A DNA stretch of 62,750 nt from assembly GCA_963924965.1 (NCBI GenBank), contig CAWURM010000022.1, positions 1-62,750 of the forward strand. The letters are read 5' to 3'. A program made the position numbers and the translations under genes. Under the pieces are notes generated by a model. It was not told the origin of the DNA. It saw only the letters and a program-made list of their open reading frames with translations, and did not search any database. Position 1 is the first letter of the stretch. Each line of letters starts with the position of its first letter. Source of the stretch: an uncultured Flavobacterium sp. Lineage in GTDB: Bacteria > Bacteroidota > Bacteroidia > Flavobacteriales > Flavobacteriaceae. Positions 1 to 11,299 of the stretch are shown here, in pieces.

Positions 1-900
1 TGTAACCAAGGAAAAGGGTTTACCAATAAAATATGGAATGCCTTTAAATTAATTAAAGGTTGGGAGGTTTCGGATGCAATACCGCAACCAGAATCGTCAA
101 AAGTTGCAATTGAGTGGTATGAAGCGAAGTTGCAACAAACACTTTTGGAAATAGAAGATAATTTTGAGAAATATAGAATTTCAGATGCTTTAATGGGAAT
201 CTACAAATTAGTTTGGGATGATTTCTGTTCATGGTTTTTAGAGATGATAAAACCGGCGTACCAACAGCCAATTGACAGTATTACTTTTGCGAAGGCGATC
301 GAAATGCTAGAAAACAATTTGAAATTATTGCATCCATTTATGCCGTTCTTGACAGAGGAAATATGGCAAATACTAGCACCAAGAACAAAAGAAGAAGCAC
401 TTATCGTTTCTACTTGGCCAGAAATGAAGCCTTTTAACGCGGCTTTAATTGCTGATTTCGAGAACACCATGGAAGTGATTTCTGGAGTGAGAACGATTCG
501 TAAGGACAAGAATATTCCGTTCAAAGATGCTATTGAGTTAAAAGCGATTAATAATGATAATGTTTCAACTTATTTTGATTCGGTTGTGAGCAAATTAGGA
601 AATATCACAGCGCTAGAATATGTAACTGAAAAAGTGGATGGAGCATTGTCATACCGTGTGAATTCAAACCAGTATTTTATTCCGATTACAGGAAATATAA
701 ATGTGGAAGAAGAAATTGCAAAATTGGCAGCTGAGTTAGATTATACGAAAGGATTCTTGAAATCAGTTCAAAATAAATTAGCAAACGAGAAATTTGTTAA
801 TGGTGCGCCAGAGAAAGTTTTGGCAAACGAAAGACAAAAAGAAGCCGATGCTCTAGCTAAGATTGAAACAATTGAAAATAGCATAGCAGGACTAAAATAG
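1..900 (+). CDS. valS: Valine--tRNA ligase, C-terminal part (5' end outside window)
   Basis: Frame 1 open from base 1 (CNQGKGFTNKIWNAF); LLHPFMPFLTEEIW anticodon-binding motif and C-terminal coiled coil KLANEKFVNGAP. Confidence 0.96.
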   Translation, partial: CNQGKGFTNKIWNAFKLIKGWEVSDAIPQPESSKVAIEWYEAKLQQTLLEIEDNFEKYRISDALMGIYKLVWDDFCSWFLEMIKPAYQQPIDSITFAKAIEMLENNLKLLHPFMPFLTEEIWQILAPRTKEEALIVSTWPEMKPFNAALIADFENTMEVISGVRTIRKDKNIPFKDAIELKAINNDNVSTYFDSVVSKLGNITALEYVTEKVDGALSYRVNSNQYFIPITGNINVEEEIAKLAAELDYTKGFLKSVQNKLANEKFVNGAPEKVLANERQKEADALAKIETIENSIAGLK

Positions 901-925
901 GTCTTTAAGTCCGTTTTAATATTTG

Positions 926-964
926 AAAAATCCCATCTCTTTCTAAAACTGAGATGGGATTTTT
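926..964 (+). terminator. Intrinsic terminator after valS
   Basis: AAAAATCCCATCTC...GAGATGGGATTTTT stem-loop with T tract. Confidence 0.8.
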
Positions 965-1149
965 ATTATTGAATGGTTTGCGTTAGATTGTTGATTTAAA
1001 AAATGTTGGTTGCCCTATTTTTATCGATGAACTCCATGGGAGTTGCATTTTAAAGAGTATTTTTTCTTTTAAACGATTTATGCGTATTTACTGATAAATT
1101 GTTAATATTTTTGAAGTGTTATCATAAAATACCATAGATATACCAGCTT

Positions 1150-1533
1150 ATGAAAAAAATATTTAGTTCGACTTATAGAAAAGATTATTGTGAGGGGTAT
1201 GGTATAGGTGCAAATCCTTTTTTACCATTTACAGGAACAAAAAAAGCTGGTTTTGTAGATGGGTTTAAATCTGGGCGACTGGATTATGAACGAATGAATG
1301 GATGTATTAGTAAAGGAATTCCTAGTCGAATTGTTACTGAGAAAGTGTTAGAAGATTTTCTGGTTTCTGGCATGTTTGGTTTGCCAATTGATGCCGATGA
1401 TTATACAGCCTATCAAATCAATATCATTTCTAAATGGTATCAAAGTGGGATCGAAAAGTATGATCCCGATGAATATTCTAATTTATTAGAACTGTTAGAA
1501 GAAAATGGAATAACAATACAAGAGGTTTCCTAG
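1150..1533 (+). CDS. Hypothetical protein
   Basis: 127-aa ATG ORF filling the gap; no recognised motif. Confidence 0.7.
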   Translation: MKKIFSSTYRKDYCEGYGIGANPFLPFTGTKKAGFVDGFKSGRLDYERMNGCISKGIPSRIVTEKVLEDFLVSGMFGLPIDADDYTAYQINIISKWYQSGIEKYDPDEYSNLLELLEENGITIQEVS

Positions 1534-1556
1534 TTTTTACACCATTTACATTTAAA

Positions 1557-2879
1557 TTAGACCTCCCTATTTTTGGTTTTCATCACCCAATAAATTGGGT
1601 ACGAAATTAATGCGATACCTACTATTATTATAAAGTTTGTAGTATCACTATAAGCGAATCCTACTAATAAAGTTACAGTCGCTAAAATCATAAAGTAAGT
1701 AGTCCAGGGATAACCCCATGATAAATAGGGTCTGGGTAAATTAGGTGCTGTAGTTCTTAATTTTAATAAAGAGCAATACGCCAATCCCCACACAATTACC
1801 GACATAAACGTTCCAAAAGAAAATAATATTTCAAATGAACCGATACTTATTAAGAATAAACTGAATAATGATGAAATTATAAGGGTGACCACTGGAGTTC
1901 CTCCATTGTTTATTTTTGTTCCTTGTTTTATGAAAAAGCCATCCCTACTTAAACCAAATAATATGCGGGCCGGTATCATCATATACGCATTAAGAATACT
2001 AATTAAGGAGAAAATAGCAATGACGGTAACGATGATGGAGCCTTTATTTCCAAAAACTATATTTGCTACATCAGAGGCTACTAAAGGAGAATTTGCTAAA
2101 GCTGAAACGGGTACTACCTGAAAAAAAGCCAAATTGATTAAAATGTATAGCACGATTACAATTATAGCTCCCGTGAATAGTGATTTTGGAATGTTTTTAC
2201 TCGGGTTCTTATCTTCTTCTGCAAAAAAGCAAACGGCGTACCATCCGTCATAGGTTCCAATTATTAGTTGAAGGGATTTAAAAAAACCAAATACAATTCC
2301 CATTTCAAAAAAGGGTGTCCCTTTTTCAATAGGTAAAAATTGAAATCCAGAGTACATGAAGCAGGCTACTATTAAAGCTACGAAAAAAAGTACTTTAATG
2401 ACACTAGTAAGTTGTTGGATGAGGCTTCCATTTTTTACTCCGGTAACATGAAGTAACGTAAAACCAACCAAAAAGGAGATGGCCATCACTGTTGATTGAC
2501 TCTCTAGTGCGGGGAACAAGATGATAAGATATTCGCTGATAACGATGCAATAGAACGCAGGTGGTACAGCATTAGTAATATAATCAAACCAACCGGATAC
2601 AAAACCTGCATAATCACCAAAAGCCTTTTTTATATAATTGTAGGAGCCTCCGGCTTTGGGAAGCATGGTAGCTAGTTCAGCATAAGAGTTTGCCCCTATA
2701 AGTATGTAAATTCCTCCCAATAACCAGCAAGAAAGTATAAGCCAGTAATTATCAAGCATGCCTGCTATCGCCCCAGGTGTGCGTAATATTCCAACTCCAA
2801 TCGTGCCTCCAATTAATATTGCAATTCCAAAACCCAATCCTAAACTTTTTTTCAATTGGTTGTTTTTTGATTTAGTCAT
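1557..2879 (-). CDS. APC-family amino acid/polyamine permease
   Basis: About 12 TM helices; GGTIGVGI, ELATMLPKAGGSY, EEDKNPSKNIP motifs. Confidence 0.9.
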   Translation of the reverse strand: MTKSKNNQLKKSLGLGFGIAILIGGTIGVGILRTPGAIAGMLDNYWLILSCWLLGGIYILIGANSYAELATMLPKAGGSYNYIKKAFGDYAGFVSGWFDYITNAVPPAFYCIVISEYLIILFPALESQSTVMAISFLVGFTLLHVTGVKNGSLIQQLTSVIKVLFFVALIVACFMYSGFQFLPIEKGTPFFEMGIVFGFFKSLQLIIGTYDGWYAVCFFAEEDKNPSKNIPKSLFTGAIIVIVLYILINLAFFQVVPVSALANSPLVASDVANIVFGNKGSIIVTVIAIFSLISILNAYMMIPARILFGLSRDGFFIKQGTKINNGGTPVVTLIISSLFSLFLISIGSFEILFSFGTFMSVIVWGLAYCSLLKLRTTAPNLPRPYLSWGYPWTTYFMILATVTLLVGFAYSDTTNFIIIVGIALISYPIYWVMKTKNREV

Positions 2880-3017
2880 AACAATTTAATTTTAGTTTCT
2901 ACAGATGTTGAGGTGCTTTGAAGACTGATGGATATTACTTCGATTATTTTCTAATTTTGCTTTTATAAATTAATGGATTTTTTTTAATTGTTTTATAAAA
3001 GTTGATATAAAAACAGT

Positions 3018-3512
3018 TTACTTTGTTTTTTTCATGGCATATTGCTCTTCACTTAACTTGCCTTTATCCATTCCGGAAATCTTTACTAGTAAACTATCAG
3101 GGCTTAGCTGACTATAGGTAATTTTTTGTGGGTAATCATGCTTTAGATTTTCAAAAACCATCTCATTTTCCGTAGCATTGGTCAATTGAAAAGAAACTGC
3201 TTTATCGTTATTTTGTCCTTTAATAGTTGCTGAATACGTCAGTTCTTCTTCTAATTGTTGTAATTGAATCGTTTCAAAATGAATGGTATCATTTCCTTTT
3301 ATAAAGTAAGACTGCCCCCCGTAAGCACTATCATTGGCCTTAGTCCAAATTTCTTTTAAATTTCCATCTGTTGATTTATTTTCCCAGGTTCCCAATAGCC
3401 AATGGGAAGCTTTAATCTTGTCTTTTTCATTATTTTCAGGATCGTTTATACCTGATTTTTTGCAAGAAATAAACGATAGTACAAGTAGTAGGAAAGTTAT
3501 TTTTTTAAACAT
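3018..3512 (-). CDS. DUF6265-like lipoprotein
   Basis: Start re-called at MFKKIT (3512); lipobox FISC; WLLGTW and FENLKHDYPQKITY motifs. Confidence 0.75.
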   Translation of the reverse strand: MFKKITFLLLVLSFISCKKSGINDPENNEKDKIKASHWLLGTWENKSTDGNLKEIWTKANDSAYGGQSYFIKGNDTIHFETIQLQQLEEELTYSATIKGQNNDKAVSFQLTNATENEMVFENLKHDYPQKITYSQLSPDSLLVKISGMDKGKLSEEQYAMKKTK

Positions 3513-3683
3513 AGTTTTTGAAATTAGTTTTTGTTGAACCTTGACAAAATTAGGAAAAATAAACACAACTTGAGTAGATAAAGGGAGTAACACCTATATG
3601 AATTTTCTTATTCTCTCTTGAACGCAACACTTATCAATTGTGGAAAGAAACTTAAACTTCCAAAGGAAATGGAATAAGCCATT

Positions 3684-5991
3684 TTAGAGGCTCTCTTTTA
3701 GTATTTTATGAACCAATTCCTTGGTAGGTTTTTGAGCTTTTAATTTTTCACGAACCACTTCAAATGACACCTTGAAATCACAGCCAGTTTTGTAATTGCT
3801 GCATCCATAGGCAGTATTTCCTTTAAGAATTGTTCCGTTCTGACATTTAGGACAAGTTAAAGCTTGATTGGTGGTTGTACTAGTTGTACTGGGTATTGTT
3901 GTTTTTTTAGGTTCTAATACGAGTTGGAAATCTTCATCAAAACGGACTAAGCCTTCTACTGATTGTTTATCTACTTTAAAGTCTTTTAGGTTGACCGTAG
4001 ACCCTTTTAGAAGCAAACGTAAGTATTGGTTTTCAGATATTTTTTTTTTCTGCAAAACTAAAGGGCAATACAAAATTGCATCCGGATTTATAATTAGCAC
4101 AACCATAGGCTGATTTTCCAGTTATCAATGTACCAGTCTTACATTTTGGACAAGTTTCCGCATTAATACCTGCGGCTTTCTTTTTCTCTGCTTTTGCTTC
4201 ACTTTTTTGAACGCTACCTACATGGGAAATATTAGCATGTCTCGTTTCGCTGCGCACTTCGTATACTAGGGCTTCCACCATGCGTTTCATATTATTGATG
4301 AAGGCTCCAGCAGTAAAAGTACCTTTTTCGATATCTTTCAATTGCTTTTCCCAAGACCCTGTTAGTTCCGCTGATTTCACCAATTCGTTCTGAATCGTAT
4401 CGATCAATTGAATCCCTGTTGGAGTGGGTAATACTTGCTTTTTGTTTCGTACAATGTACTGGCGTTTGAAAAGCGTTTCGATGATATTGGCTCGTGTTGA
4501 CGGGCGGCCGATGCCGTTTTCTTTCATCAATTCGCGTAAATCTTCATCATCGATCTGTTTGCCAGCCGTTTCCATTGCACGTAATAAGGTGGCTTCTGTA
4601 AATTGATTGGGCGGTTTGGTTTCTTTTTCTAAAAATGACGGTTGATGAGGTCCTTTTTCCCCTTTCACAAAAGAGGGTAAAATATCAGCTTCTTTTTCTT
4701 TGGCGTTCGGATCTTCAAAAACAATGCGCCAACCTTTGGTTAGAATCTCTTTTCCAGTCGTTTTAAATACAACCTCGGCAGCTTTACCAATGACTGTGGT
4801 ATTGGCTACTGAACAATCGTCATAAAACACTGCTATAAAACGTTTTGTTATAATATCATAAACCTGCTGTTGATTGTATTGCAAGTTCGATTGAATTCCG
4901 GTTGGAATAATCGCATGGTGATCGGTTACTTTTTTATCGTTAAAAACCTTAGTTGATTTTTTTATTTTTTTGCCTAAAAGCGGCTCCGTCAAAGCTGCAT
5001 AGTTGGTTAGTTTCTGCAGGATTCCGGGTACTTTAGGGTATATATCATTAGGTAAAAAAGTGGTATCTACTCTCGGGTAGGTCACTACTTTTTGTTCGTA
5101 TAAGGTTTGTACAATTTTGAGCGTTTCATCCGCCGAAAATCCAAACTTAGTATTGCAAAATACTTGTAATCCTGTCAAGTCAAATAGTTTAGGAGCAAAC
5201 TCGTTTCCTTTCTTTTTTTCGACAGAAACAATTTCGAACTCACTCTCTTTAACTTTATTGGCTAAAAGTTCTCCGTCTACTTTTTTTAAAAAGCGACCTT
5301 CTTCGTAACTAAAAAGTGTTTCTCGGTATAAAGTTTGCAATTCCCAATACGGTTGTGGCTTGAAATTTTCAATTTCTTTCCAGCGGTCCACTACCATCGC
5401 GAGCGTAGGTGTTTGTACCCGACCAATGGACAATACTTGCTTGTACCCGCCATGTTTGACAGTGTACAAACGAGTTGCATTCATTCCTAGCAACCAGTCG
5501 CCAATAGCTCTCGAAAAACCGGCATAGTATAAATTATCGTAGTTGGCGGATGGTTTTAAGTTATCAAAACCTTCTTTTATAGCCTCTGTCGTCAAGGACG
5601 AAATCCATAAGCGTTGCACTTCGCCTTTATAATTGGCTTCGTTCATGACCCAGCGCTGGATCAATTCTCCTTCTTGCCCAGCATCCCCGCAGTTGATCAC
5701 TAGCGTGGCTTTGTCAAACAAACCTTTAATGATTTTGAACTGCTTTTGAATCCCCGAATTCTGTACGACTTTCGTCTCAAATTTTTCAGGAAGCATAGGT
5801 AAGTTGTTCAAATCCCAGCTTTTCCAATAGGATTTATAATCATTCGGTTCTTTCAAGGTGCATAAATGCCCAAAAGTATAGGTTACCGCATAGCCATTCC
5901 CTTCATAATAGCCATCATGCTTGGTATTCGCTCCTAAAACGGATGCAATTTCGCGTGCTACACTTGGTTTCTCGGCAATACAAACCTTCAT
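3684..5991 (-). CDS. topB: Type IA DNA topoisomerase III, split by one extra base in a T10 run at 4040-4049
   Basis: AEKPSVA TOPRIM, GRVQTPT, catalytic TYPRVD, GIGRPSTR; removing one base joins FAEKK to ISENQYLRLL and a second CPKC zinc ribbon. Confidence 0.92.
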
Positions 5992-6092
5992 TTTTTTCTA
6001 CTAATTTGAAGTCGCAAAGTAGGAATTTAGAAATTGGTATTAAAAAGAAATCTTCAGGAGTTATGAACGACGGTTCTCTTAGTAGTTTTTTT

Positions 6093-6187
6093 AGGAGCAG
6101 AACGAATACAGTTTACAATTACAACAGCTCCTGTTGTACGCTCTATCTCTTCGCTTCGCTACGAGGATGCCGCTTCCATCAGGGCTA
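6093..6187 (+). ncRNA. Flavo-1-like structured repeat/ncRNA, copy 1
   Basis: AGGAGC...TCCTGTTGTACGCTCTATCT-hairpin-GGATGCCGCTTCCATCAGGGCTA; matches copies at 7850, 20813, 38132. Confidence 0.7.
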
Positions 6188-6235
6188 GCAAGAACGTTAG
6201 TTTTTTATAATCCACCAAAGAAAAATTGGTCTATT

Positions 6236-6886
6236 TTATTTTGTCTCTTTTCGAATATATTTATGAGAACCGTCACAACTCGGCATTTTTTTAGACAACC
6301 CACACACGCAATCATGAATTCCTTTGCAGTCCAGAATGCGAGGTATGTATTTTTCAATTCGGGCTACTCTTGTTTTGGAATTTTTGCTTGATGAAATATA
6401 TAGATTGTATCCCCTTTGACGCCCAGGAGTCAAAGCTACAAAAGCTCTTTTTAAATCTGGATTTGAAGCCAATGCTTTTTCTAACTCTGGAACTAATTCG
6501 AGTTCAGTATTGCTTTTTAAATCGACTTTTAAGCCTGATTTTTCAATCTCAATTGCCGCAAAAACATAGTTTTGTAGTATGGTTTTTTGATTTTTAATTT
6601 CTTTTAAACTAGTGAATTTAAAAAAACGAACCGACTGACTGTTTTCTCCCGGTGGGACTAATAAACTGTTGGGGTCTTGTAGCAAAGAGCCTTTGAGAAA
6701 ACTAAGCGCACAAAATCCTTTAAAACTGGCTATTAAAACCACATTCTTCCCTTGAAAACAATAACAAGGGGTTCGCCACCTGAATTCTTCGGTAAGCTCA
6801 CAATCCAGTAACAATTTTCGTAATTGTTCCATTTCTTGCTGCCATTTTTGGGCATTAATGATAAAGGTGTCAACTTTGGGATTCAT
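6236..6886 (-). CDS. YdeI/OmpD-associated (DUF1801) protein with C-terminal CDGSH motif
   Basis: WRTPCY, LTPGRQRGY, KTRVARIEK motifs; ends CVCGLSKKMPSCDGSH. Confidence 0.85.
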   Translation of the reverse strand: MNPKVDTFIINAQKWQQEMEQLRKLLLDCELTEEFRWRTPCYCFQGKNVVLIASFKGFCALSFLKGSLLQDPNSLLVPPGENSQSVRFFKFTSLKEIKNQKTILQNYVFAAIEIEKSGLKVDLKSNTELELVPELEKALASNPDLKRAFVALTPGRQRGYNLYISSSKNSKTRVARIEKYIPRILDCKGIHDCVCGLSKKMPSCDGSHKYIRKETK

Positions 6887-7132
6887 TTTAATAATTGTTC
6901 AAACAAAGAAATATTTTTAGCTTTATAAAAGTATAAAAAAATGGTGTTGATACGTCATTGTTTATAGTGTAATTCACCAATAATACTAGTTTGAAGAGAA
7001 TATCAATAGAGGGTTTTGGATCTAATTAACTCTTGTTCTAACATTAAACAGAAAACAGACAGGTATTCAAGCTATTTATTCGTAAATTAGTAGTAAATAT
7101 TCACCAATTTATAAACTAAACTGTTTACTATT

Positions 7133-7615
7133 ATGAAAAATCTAGGCCTATTTTTTTTGCTATTAACATGTGTTGGACTTCAAAGTTGTAAAAAGGAGCA
7201 AAGTCAAAAAGATGCTAAAGATACACTGGTCCTGGCTGAAAAAACCATGAATCAAGCATGCTACAAGTCCTTGTATGAAAGTGATACTATTGAGATGAAA
7301 ATGATCACCTCCAAGGATAATAAAATAACAGGGGATATGATCATGAGCCTTTTTGCTAAGCCAAAAAAGATTGGAAAAATAAAAGGTGAATTTCGTGGTG
7401 ATACACTTTTTGTGGATTACTCCTTTTATCAAGGATCAGAGAAAACAAAAATATTTAGTAACCCAATGGCATTTTTAAAAAAAGGGGACAGTCTTGTTTT
7501 AGGGAGTGGTAAAATAGAATACTATTTTGGCAAGTCTTCCTTTGTTAAAGGGCAACCTATCAACTTTGACAGTGTTAAATATAAATTTGCAACTGTCGAT
7601 TGCTGGGGTAAATAA
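7133..7615 (+). CDS. Hypothetical lipoprotein
   Basis: Signal peptide with lipobox LQSC; GEFRGDTLFVDY. Confidence 0.75.
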   Translation: MKNLGLFFLLLTCVGLQSCKKEQSQKDAKDTLVLAEKTMNQACYKSLYESDTIEMKMITSKDNKITGDMIMSLFAKPKKIGKIKGEFRGDTLFVDYSFYQGSEKTKIFSNPMAFLKKGDSLVLGSGKIEYYFGKSSFVKGQPINFDSVKYKFATVDCWGK

Positions 7616-7849
7616 ACTAAAAAAGGGAGATCATTTGTGCATGTCTCCAATAATATGACAACGGTTTAAGAATCACTAGTAGTTTTTCTTGAAGCGTTGT
7701 TTTTTTATTCGAATGAATCTTGAAAACGTTCTAATGTCATTTTGTTTGCAAAAGATTCTTGTTGAGTTTTATGGTTGACAGGATTATAGTTGTCTGGAAG
7801 TTTTCTTATTAAAACAGTGTTTTTATTTGTTGGATTTCATAAAAATGCG

Positions 7850-7920
7850 TTCGCAGTAGTATCCTTTTTCTTGCGGTTTTAAGAAGAAAAAGATGCAACG
7901 GATAGCAAGAAATAGCTCCT
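7850..7920 (-). ncRNA. Flavo-1-like structured repeat, copy 2 (3' end degenerate)
   Basis: Reverse complement reads AGGAGCTATTTCTTGCTATCCGTTGCATCTTTTTCTT...AAGAAAAAGGATACTACTGC. Confidence 0.6.
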
Positions 7921-8082
7921 AAAAAACTCGGAATTTTACTTGAAATTTTAAACAAAAATTTCGTATTTTTGCAATCCGAACCGTATGACGATTTTTTGAT
8001 CAAAATTAAAAAAAAACTAATCAGAGGTTACTTCTGCTCTTGGGCAAAAAATATAAACTAGAAGAAATAAAGGACTACGATT

Positions 8083-9159
8083 ATGTTAGATAGACTTCAA
8101 ATAGTAAAACAACGTTTCGATGAAATTTCGGATTTAATTATCCAGCCGGATGTTATTTCTGATCAGAAACGTTATGTGCAATTGAATAAGGAATATAAAG
8201 ACTTAAAAGCATTGGCTGAAAAAAGAGACGAATACGTTCTTTTAATGGCGAATATTGAGGAGGCGAATGAAATAATTGCTGACAATAGTGATGCTGACAT
8301 GACCGAAATGGCCAAGATGCAACTCGATGAAGCAAAGGAACGATTACCAGAGCTAGAGGAAGAAATTAAATTTATGTTGATTCCGAAAGACCCAGAAGAT
8401 GCAAAGAATGTGATGGTGGAGATTCGTGCCGGGACAGGTGGAGATGAAGCAAGTATTTTTGCAGGGGATTTATTCCGTATGTACACAAAATACTGTGAAG
8501 GCCGCGGATGGAGAACATCAGTTGTGGATATGAATGAAGGAACATCGGGTGGATTTAAAGAGGTTATCTTTGAAGTTACAGGTGAAGATGTCTATGGAAC
8601 TTTGAAGTTTGAAGCAGGTGTGCACCGTGTGCAACGGGTCCCACAAACAGAAACGCAAGGACGTGTTCACACATCAGCAGCGACAGTTATGGTTTTGCCA
8701 GAAGCAGAGGAATTTGACGTGCAAATTGATATGAATGATGTACGCGTGGATTTCTTTTGTTCGTCTGGACCTGGTGGACAATCGGTAAACACAACGAAAT
8801 CAGCGGTGCGTTTAACACACATTCCAACTGGATTGGTAGCGCAATGTCAAGATCAAAAATCACAACATAAGAATAAAGATAAAGCGTTTATTGTATTGCG
8901 TTCTCGTTTATACGAACAAGAATTAGCCAAAAAACAAGCCGAAGATGCTACTACACGTACTTCTCAAGTAAGTTCTGGTGACCGTTCAGCTAAAATTCGT
9001 ACGTACAATTATGCACAAGGGCGCGTAACAGATCACAGAGTTGGTTTGACACTATATGACTTAGGAAACATCATGAATGGAGACATCCAGAAAATTGTTG
9101 ATGAGCTTGCCTTAGTGAACAATATGGAAAAATTGAAAGAAGCTAGCGAAGTTTTTTAA
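8083..9159 (+). CDS. prfA: Peptide chain release factor 1
   Basis: [22 protein letters not shown] (PxT) recognition loop. Confidence 0.97.
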   Translation: MLDRLQIVKQRFDEISDLIIQPDVISDQKRYVQLNKEYKDLKALAEKRDEYVLLMANIEEANEIIADNSDADMTEMAKMQLDEAKERLPELEEEIKFMLIPKDPEDAKNVMVEIRAGTGGDEASIFAGDLFRMYTKYCEGRGWRTSVVDMNEGTSGGFKEVIFEVTGEDVYGTLKFEAGVHRVQRVPQTETQGRVHTSAATVMVLPEAEEFDVQIDMNDVRVDFFCSSGPGGQSVNTTKSAVRLTHIPTGLVAQCQDQKSQHKNKDKAFIVLRSRLYEQELAKKQAEDATTRTSQVSSGDRSAKIRTYNYAQGRVTDHRVGLTLYDLGNIMNGDIQKIVDELALVNNMEKLKEASEVF

Positions 9160-9306
9160 GAAATAAGAGTAAAGAATATTGAAAATATAAAAGATGCCAT
9201 ACTTAATTTTAGTTTTGGCATTTTTTTTAAATTTAAAATAACAAAGCGTACAACTGAGTTCATAGCGACATAACCTGAAACTTTATACTTTAAACTTTTT
9301 AACGGA

Positions 9307-10134
9307 ATGACTACACAACAACTGATCAATCAAATCCAAGAGAAAAAATCGTTTTTATGCGTAGGTTTAGATGTCGATTTAAATAAGATTCCCAAACATC
9401 TTTTAGAATTAGAAGACCCAATTTTTGAGTTTAATAAAGCGATAATTGATGCGACCCATGATTTGTGTGTTTCCTATAAACCAAATATCGCTTTCTTTGA
9501 AGCCTATGGTCTAAAAGGGTGGATGTCATTGCAAAAAACAATCTATTATATCAACGAAAATTACCCCGAAATTTTTACGATCGCGGATGCCAAACGTGGA
9601 GATATAGGAAATACGTCATCAATGTATGCCAAAGCTTTTTTTGAAGATTTGAATTTTGATAGTGTCACGGTCGCTCCTTATATGGGGAAAGATTCAGTTG
9701 AACCCTTTTTAGCTTTCGAAAGTAAACATACTATTATGCTAGCCCTAACTTCTAACGAGGGGGCATTTGATTTTCAGACACTTTTAGTGGACGGACAAGA
9801 ATTGTACAAACGAGTTTTAGAAACCTCCAAATCATGGAAAAATAACGAAAACTTGATGTATGTAGTGGGTGCCACTAAAGCCGAATATTTTACTGAGGTT
9901 CGTAAAATTGTTCCAGATAGTTTCTTGCTAGTTCCTGGAGTAGGAGCACAAGGAGGCAGCCTTTCTGAAGTATGTAAATACGGAATGAATGACAATATTG
10001 GGTTATTGATTAATTCATCAAGAGGAATTATTTATGCTTCAAACGGAACTGATTTTGCCGAAAAAGCTAGAGCAGAAGCACTGAAAATGCAACAAGAAAT
10101 GTCGGAGATTGTGAGTGTAAAGTTTCCGGTTTAA
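9307..10134 (+). CDS. pyrF: Orotidine-5'-phosphate decarboxylase
   Basis: [26 protein letters not shown]. Confidence 0.96.
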   Translation: MTTQQLINQIQEKKSFLCVGLDVDLNKIPKHLLELEDPIFEFNKAIIDATHDLCVSYKPNIAFFEAYGLKGWMSLQKTIYYINENYPEIFTIADAKRGDIGNTSSMYAKAFFEDLNFDSVTVAPYMGKDSVEPFLAFESKHTIMLALTSNEGAFDFQTLLVDGQELYKRVLETSKSWKNNENLMYVVGATKAEYFTEVRKIVPDSFLLVPGVGAQGGSLSEVCKYGMNDNIGLLINSSRGIIYASNGTDFAEKARAEALKMQQEMSEIVSVKFPV

Positions 10135-10261
10135 AGTTGTGGATTGTCTACAAAAAAAAGACCCTAATTTTTATTCACGCTTAAATGGTTTTAAAAAGCT
10201 TCAATTTTCGAATACTTGAAATGTGATTGTCTAATTTTGAAATTCAAACCTTACGCTCAAA

Positions 10262-10328
10262 CCTAGTGAACTTTGTAACTAAAAAAAAACTTGTGTGCTT
10301 TGTGTAACCCTTTGCAAACTTTGTGGTT
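10262..10328. repeat. Short CTTTGTG-based REP-like tandem repeat (3 degenerate units)
   Basis: CCTAGTGAACTTTGTAAC / CTTGTGTGCTTTGTGTAAC / CTTTGCAAACTTTGTGGTT. Confidence 0.45.
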
Positions 10329-10357
10329 GGATCTTTTAAATTTTTAACAAAATAAAC

Positions 10358-11164
10358 TTGAAACAAATCTCATTTACCGATCAACTTGGAACTTCCCACA
10401 CTTTCGAAACTTCGCCTAAGCGAATTATCTCTCTTGTTCCCTCTCAAACAGAATTGTTATATGATTTAGGGCAAGAAGCCAAAATAATTGGTATTACGAA
10501 GTTTTGTGTGCATCCCTATCATTTTAAGTCGATTAAAACAAAAGTAGGAGGGACTAAAAAAGTGCATTATGAAAAAATCCGATTATTAGAACCAGACATT
10601 ATCATTTGCAATAAAGAAGAAAACACACAAGAAATTGTGGAAAAACTAAGCGAAATTTGTCCGGTTTGGGTGACAAACATTATCACCATTGAAGATAATA
10701 TCCAAATGATTTCTGATTTTGGGCAGCTTTTTAATTGTCGGACGGAGGCTAAAAAGTGGAACGATAAATTAGCTTTTGCCTGGAGTGATTTTAAAAGTTT
10801 TATCAAGGATATCCCGGAGAAAAAAGTAGCGTATTTCATATGGAAGAATCCTTATATGGTAGCGGGTTCGGATAATTTTATAAATGAATTATTGAAACTA
10901 AACCACTTCAAGAATATATATGATACCAAAGGGCGTTATCCTGAAGTTGCCATTGAAGATATCGTGAAAGAAGGAGATCCTGATTTCATTTTTCTATCCT
11001 CAGAACCCTATCCCTTTAAAAAAGAAGAGGGTTATGAAATAAGTAATCACAGCTCTAAAGCACAAACAATTTTAGTAGATGGTGAAATGTTTTCTTGGTA
11101 TGGAAGTCGCTTGCTGAAAGCATTTGCTTACTTTAAAATGTTACATCGTAATTTAGGAAACTAG
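10358..11164 (+). CDS. Helical-backbone metal/cobalamin-binding protein (BtuF-like)
   Basis: PKRIISLVPSQTELL, VGGTK, DGEMFSWYGSR; TTG start. Confidence 0.85.
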   Translation: MKQISFTDQLGTSHTFETSPKRIISLVPSQTELLYDLGQEAKIIGITKFCVHPYHFKSIKTKVGGTKKVHYEKIRLLEPDIIICNKEENTQEIVEKLSEICPVWVTNIITIEDNIQMISDFGQLFNCRTEAKKWNDKLAFAWSDFKSFIKDIPEKKVAYFIWKNPYMVAGSDNFINELLKLNHFKNIYDTKGRYPEVAIEDIVKEGDPDFIFLSSEPYPFKKEEGYEISNHSSKAQTILVDGEMFSWYGSRLLKAFAYFKMLHRNLGN

Positions 11165-11210
11165 TTTTTTGCTTACGATAAAGTGAAGCTTCGAGTCGAT
11201 AGTAATAAAA

Positions 11211-11277
11211 AAAACCATTTAGAAATTAAAAATAATTAAGCACCAGTCTTAATTATTTTTAATTTCTAAATGGTTTT
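11211..11277. terminator. Perfect 30-bp inverted repeat between convergent genes (bidirectional terminator)
   Basis: AAAACCATTTAGAAATTAAAAATAATTAAG-caccagt-CTTAATTATTTTTAATTTCTAAATGGTTTT. Confidence 0.75.
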
Positions 11278-11299
11278 CAAGTTTGTAATGTTTTGTTCT

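Noticed and set aside
3684-4106. Stand-alone 140-aa zinc-ribbon gene
   Set aside because: It is the frameshifted C-terminus of topB
9271-9300. Short 7-8-mer iterations (AACCTGAAACTTTATACTTTAAAC; similar low-complexity runs at 52905-52930 and 57330-57372)
   Set aside because: Too short and degenerate to separate from AT-rich background by eye
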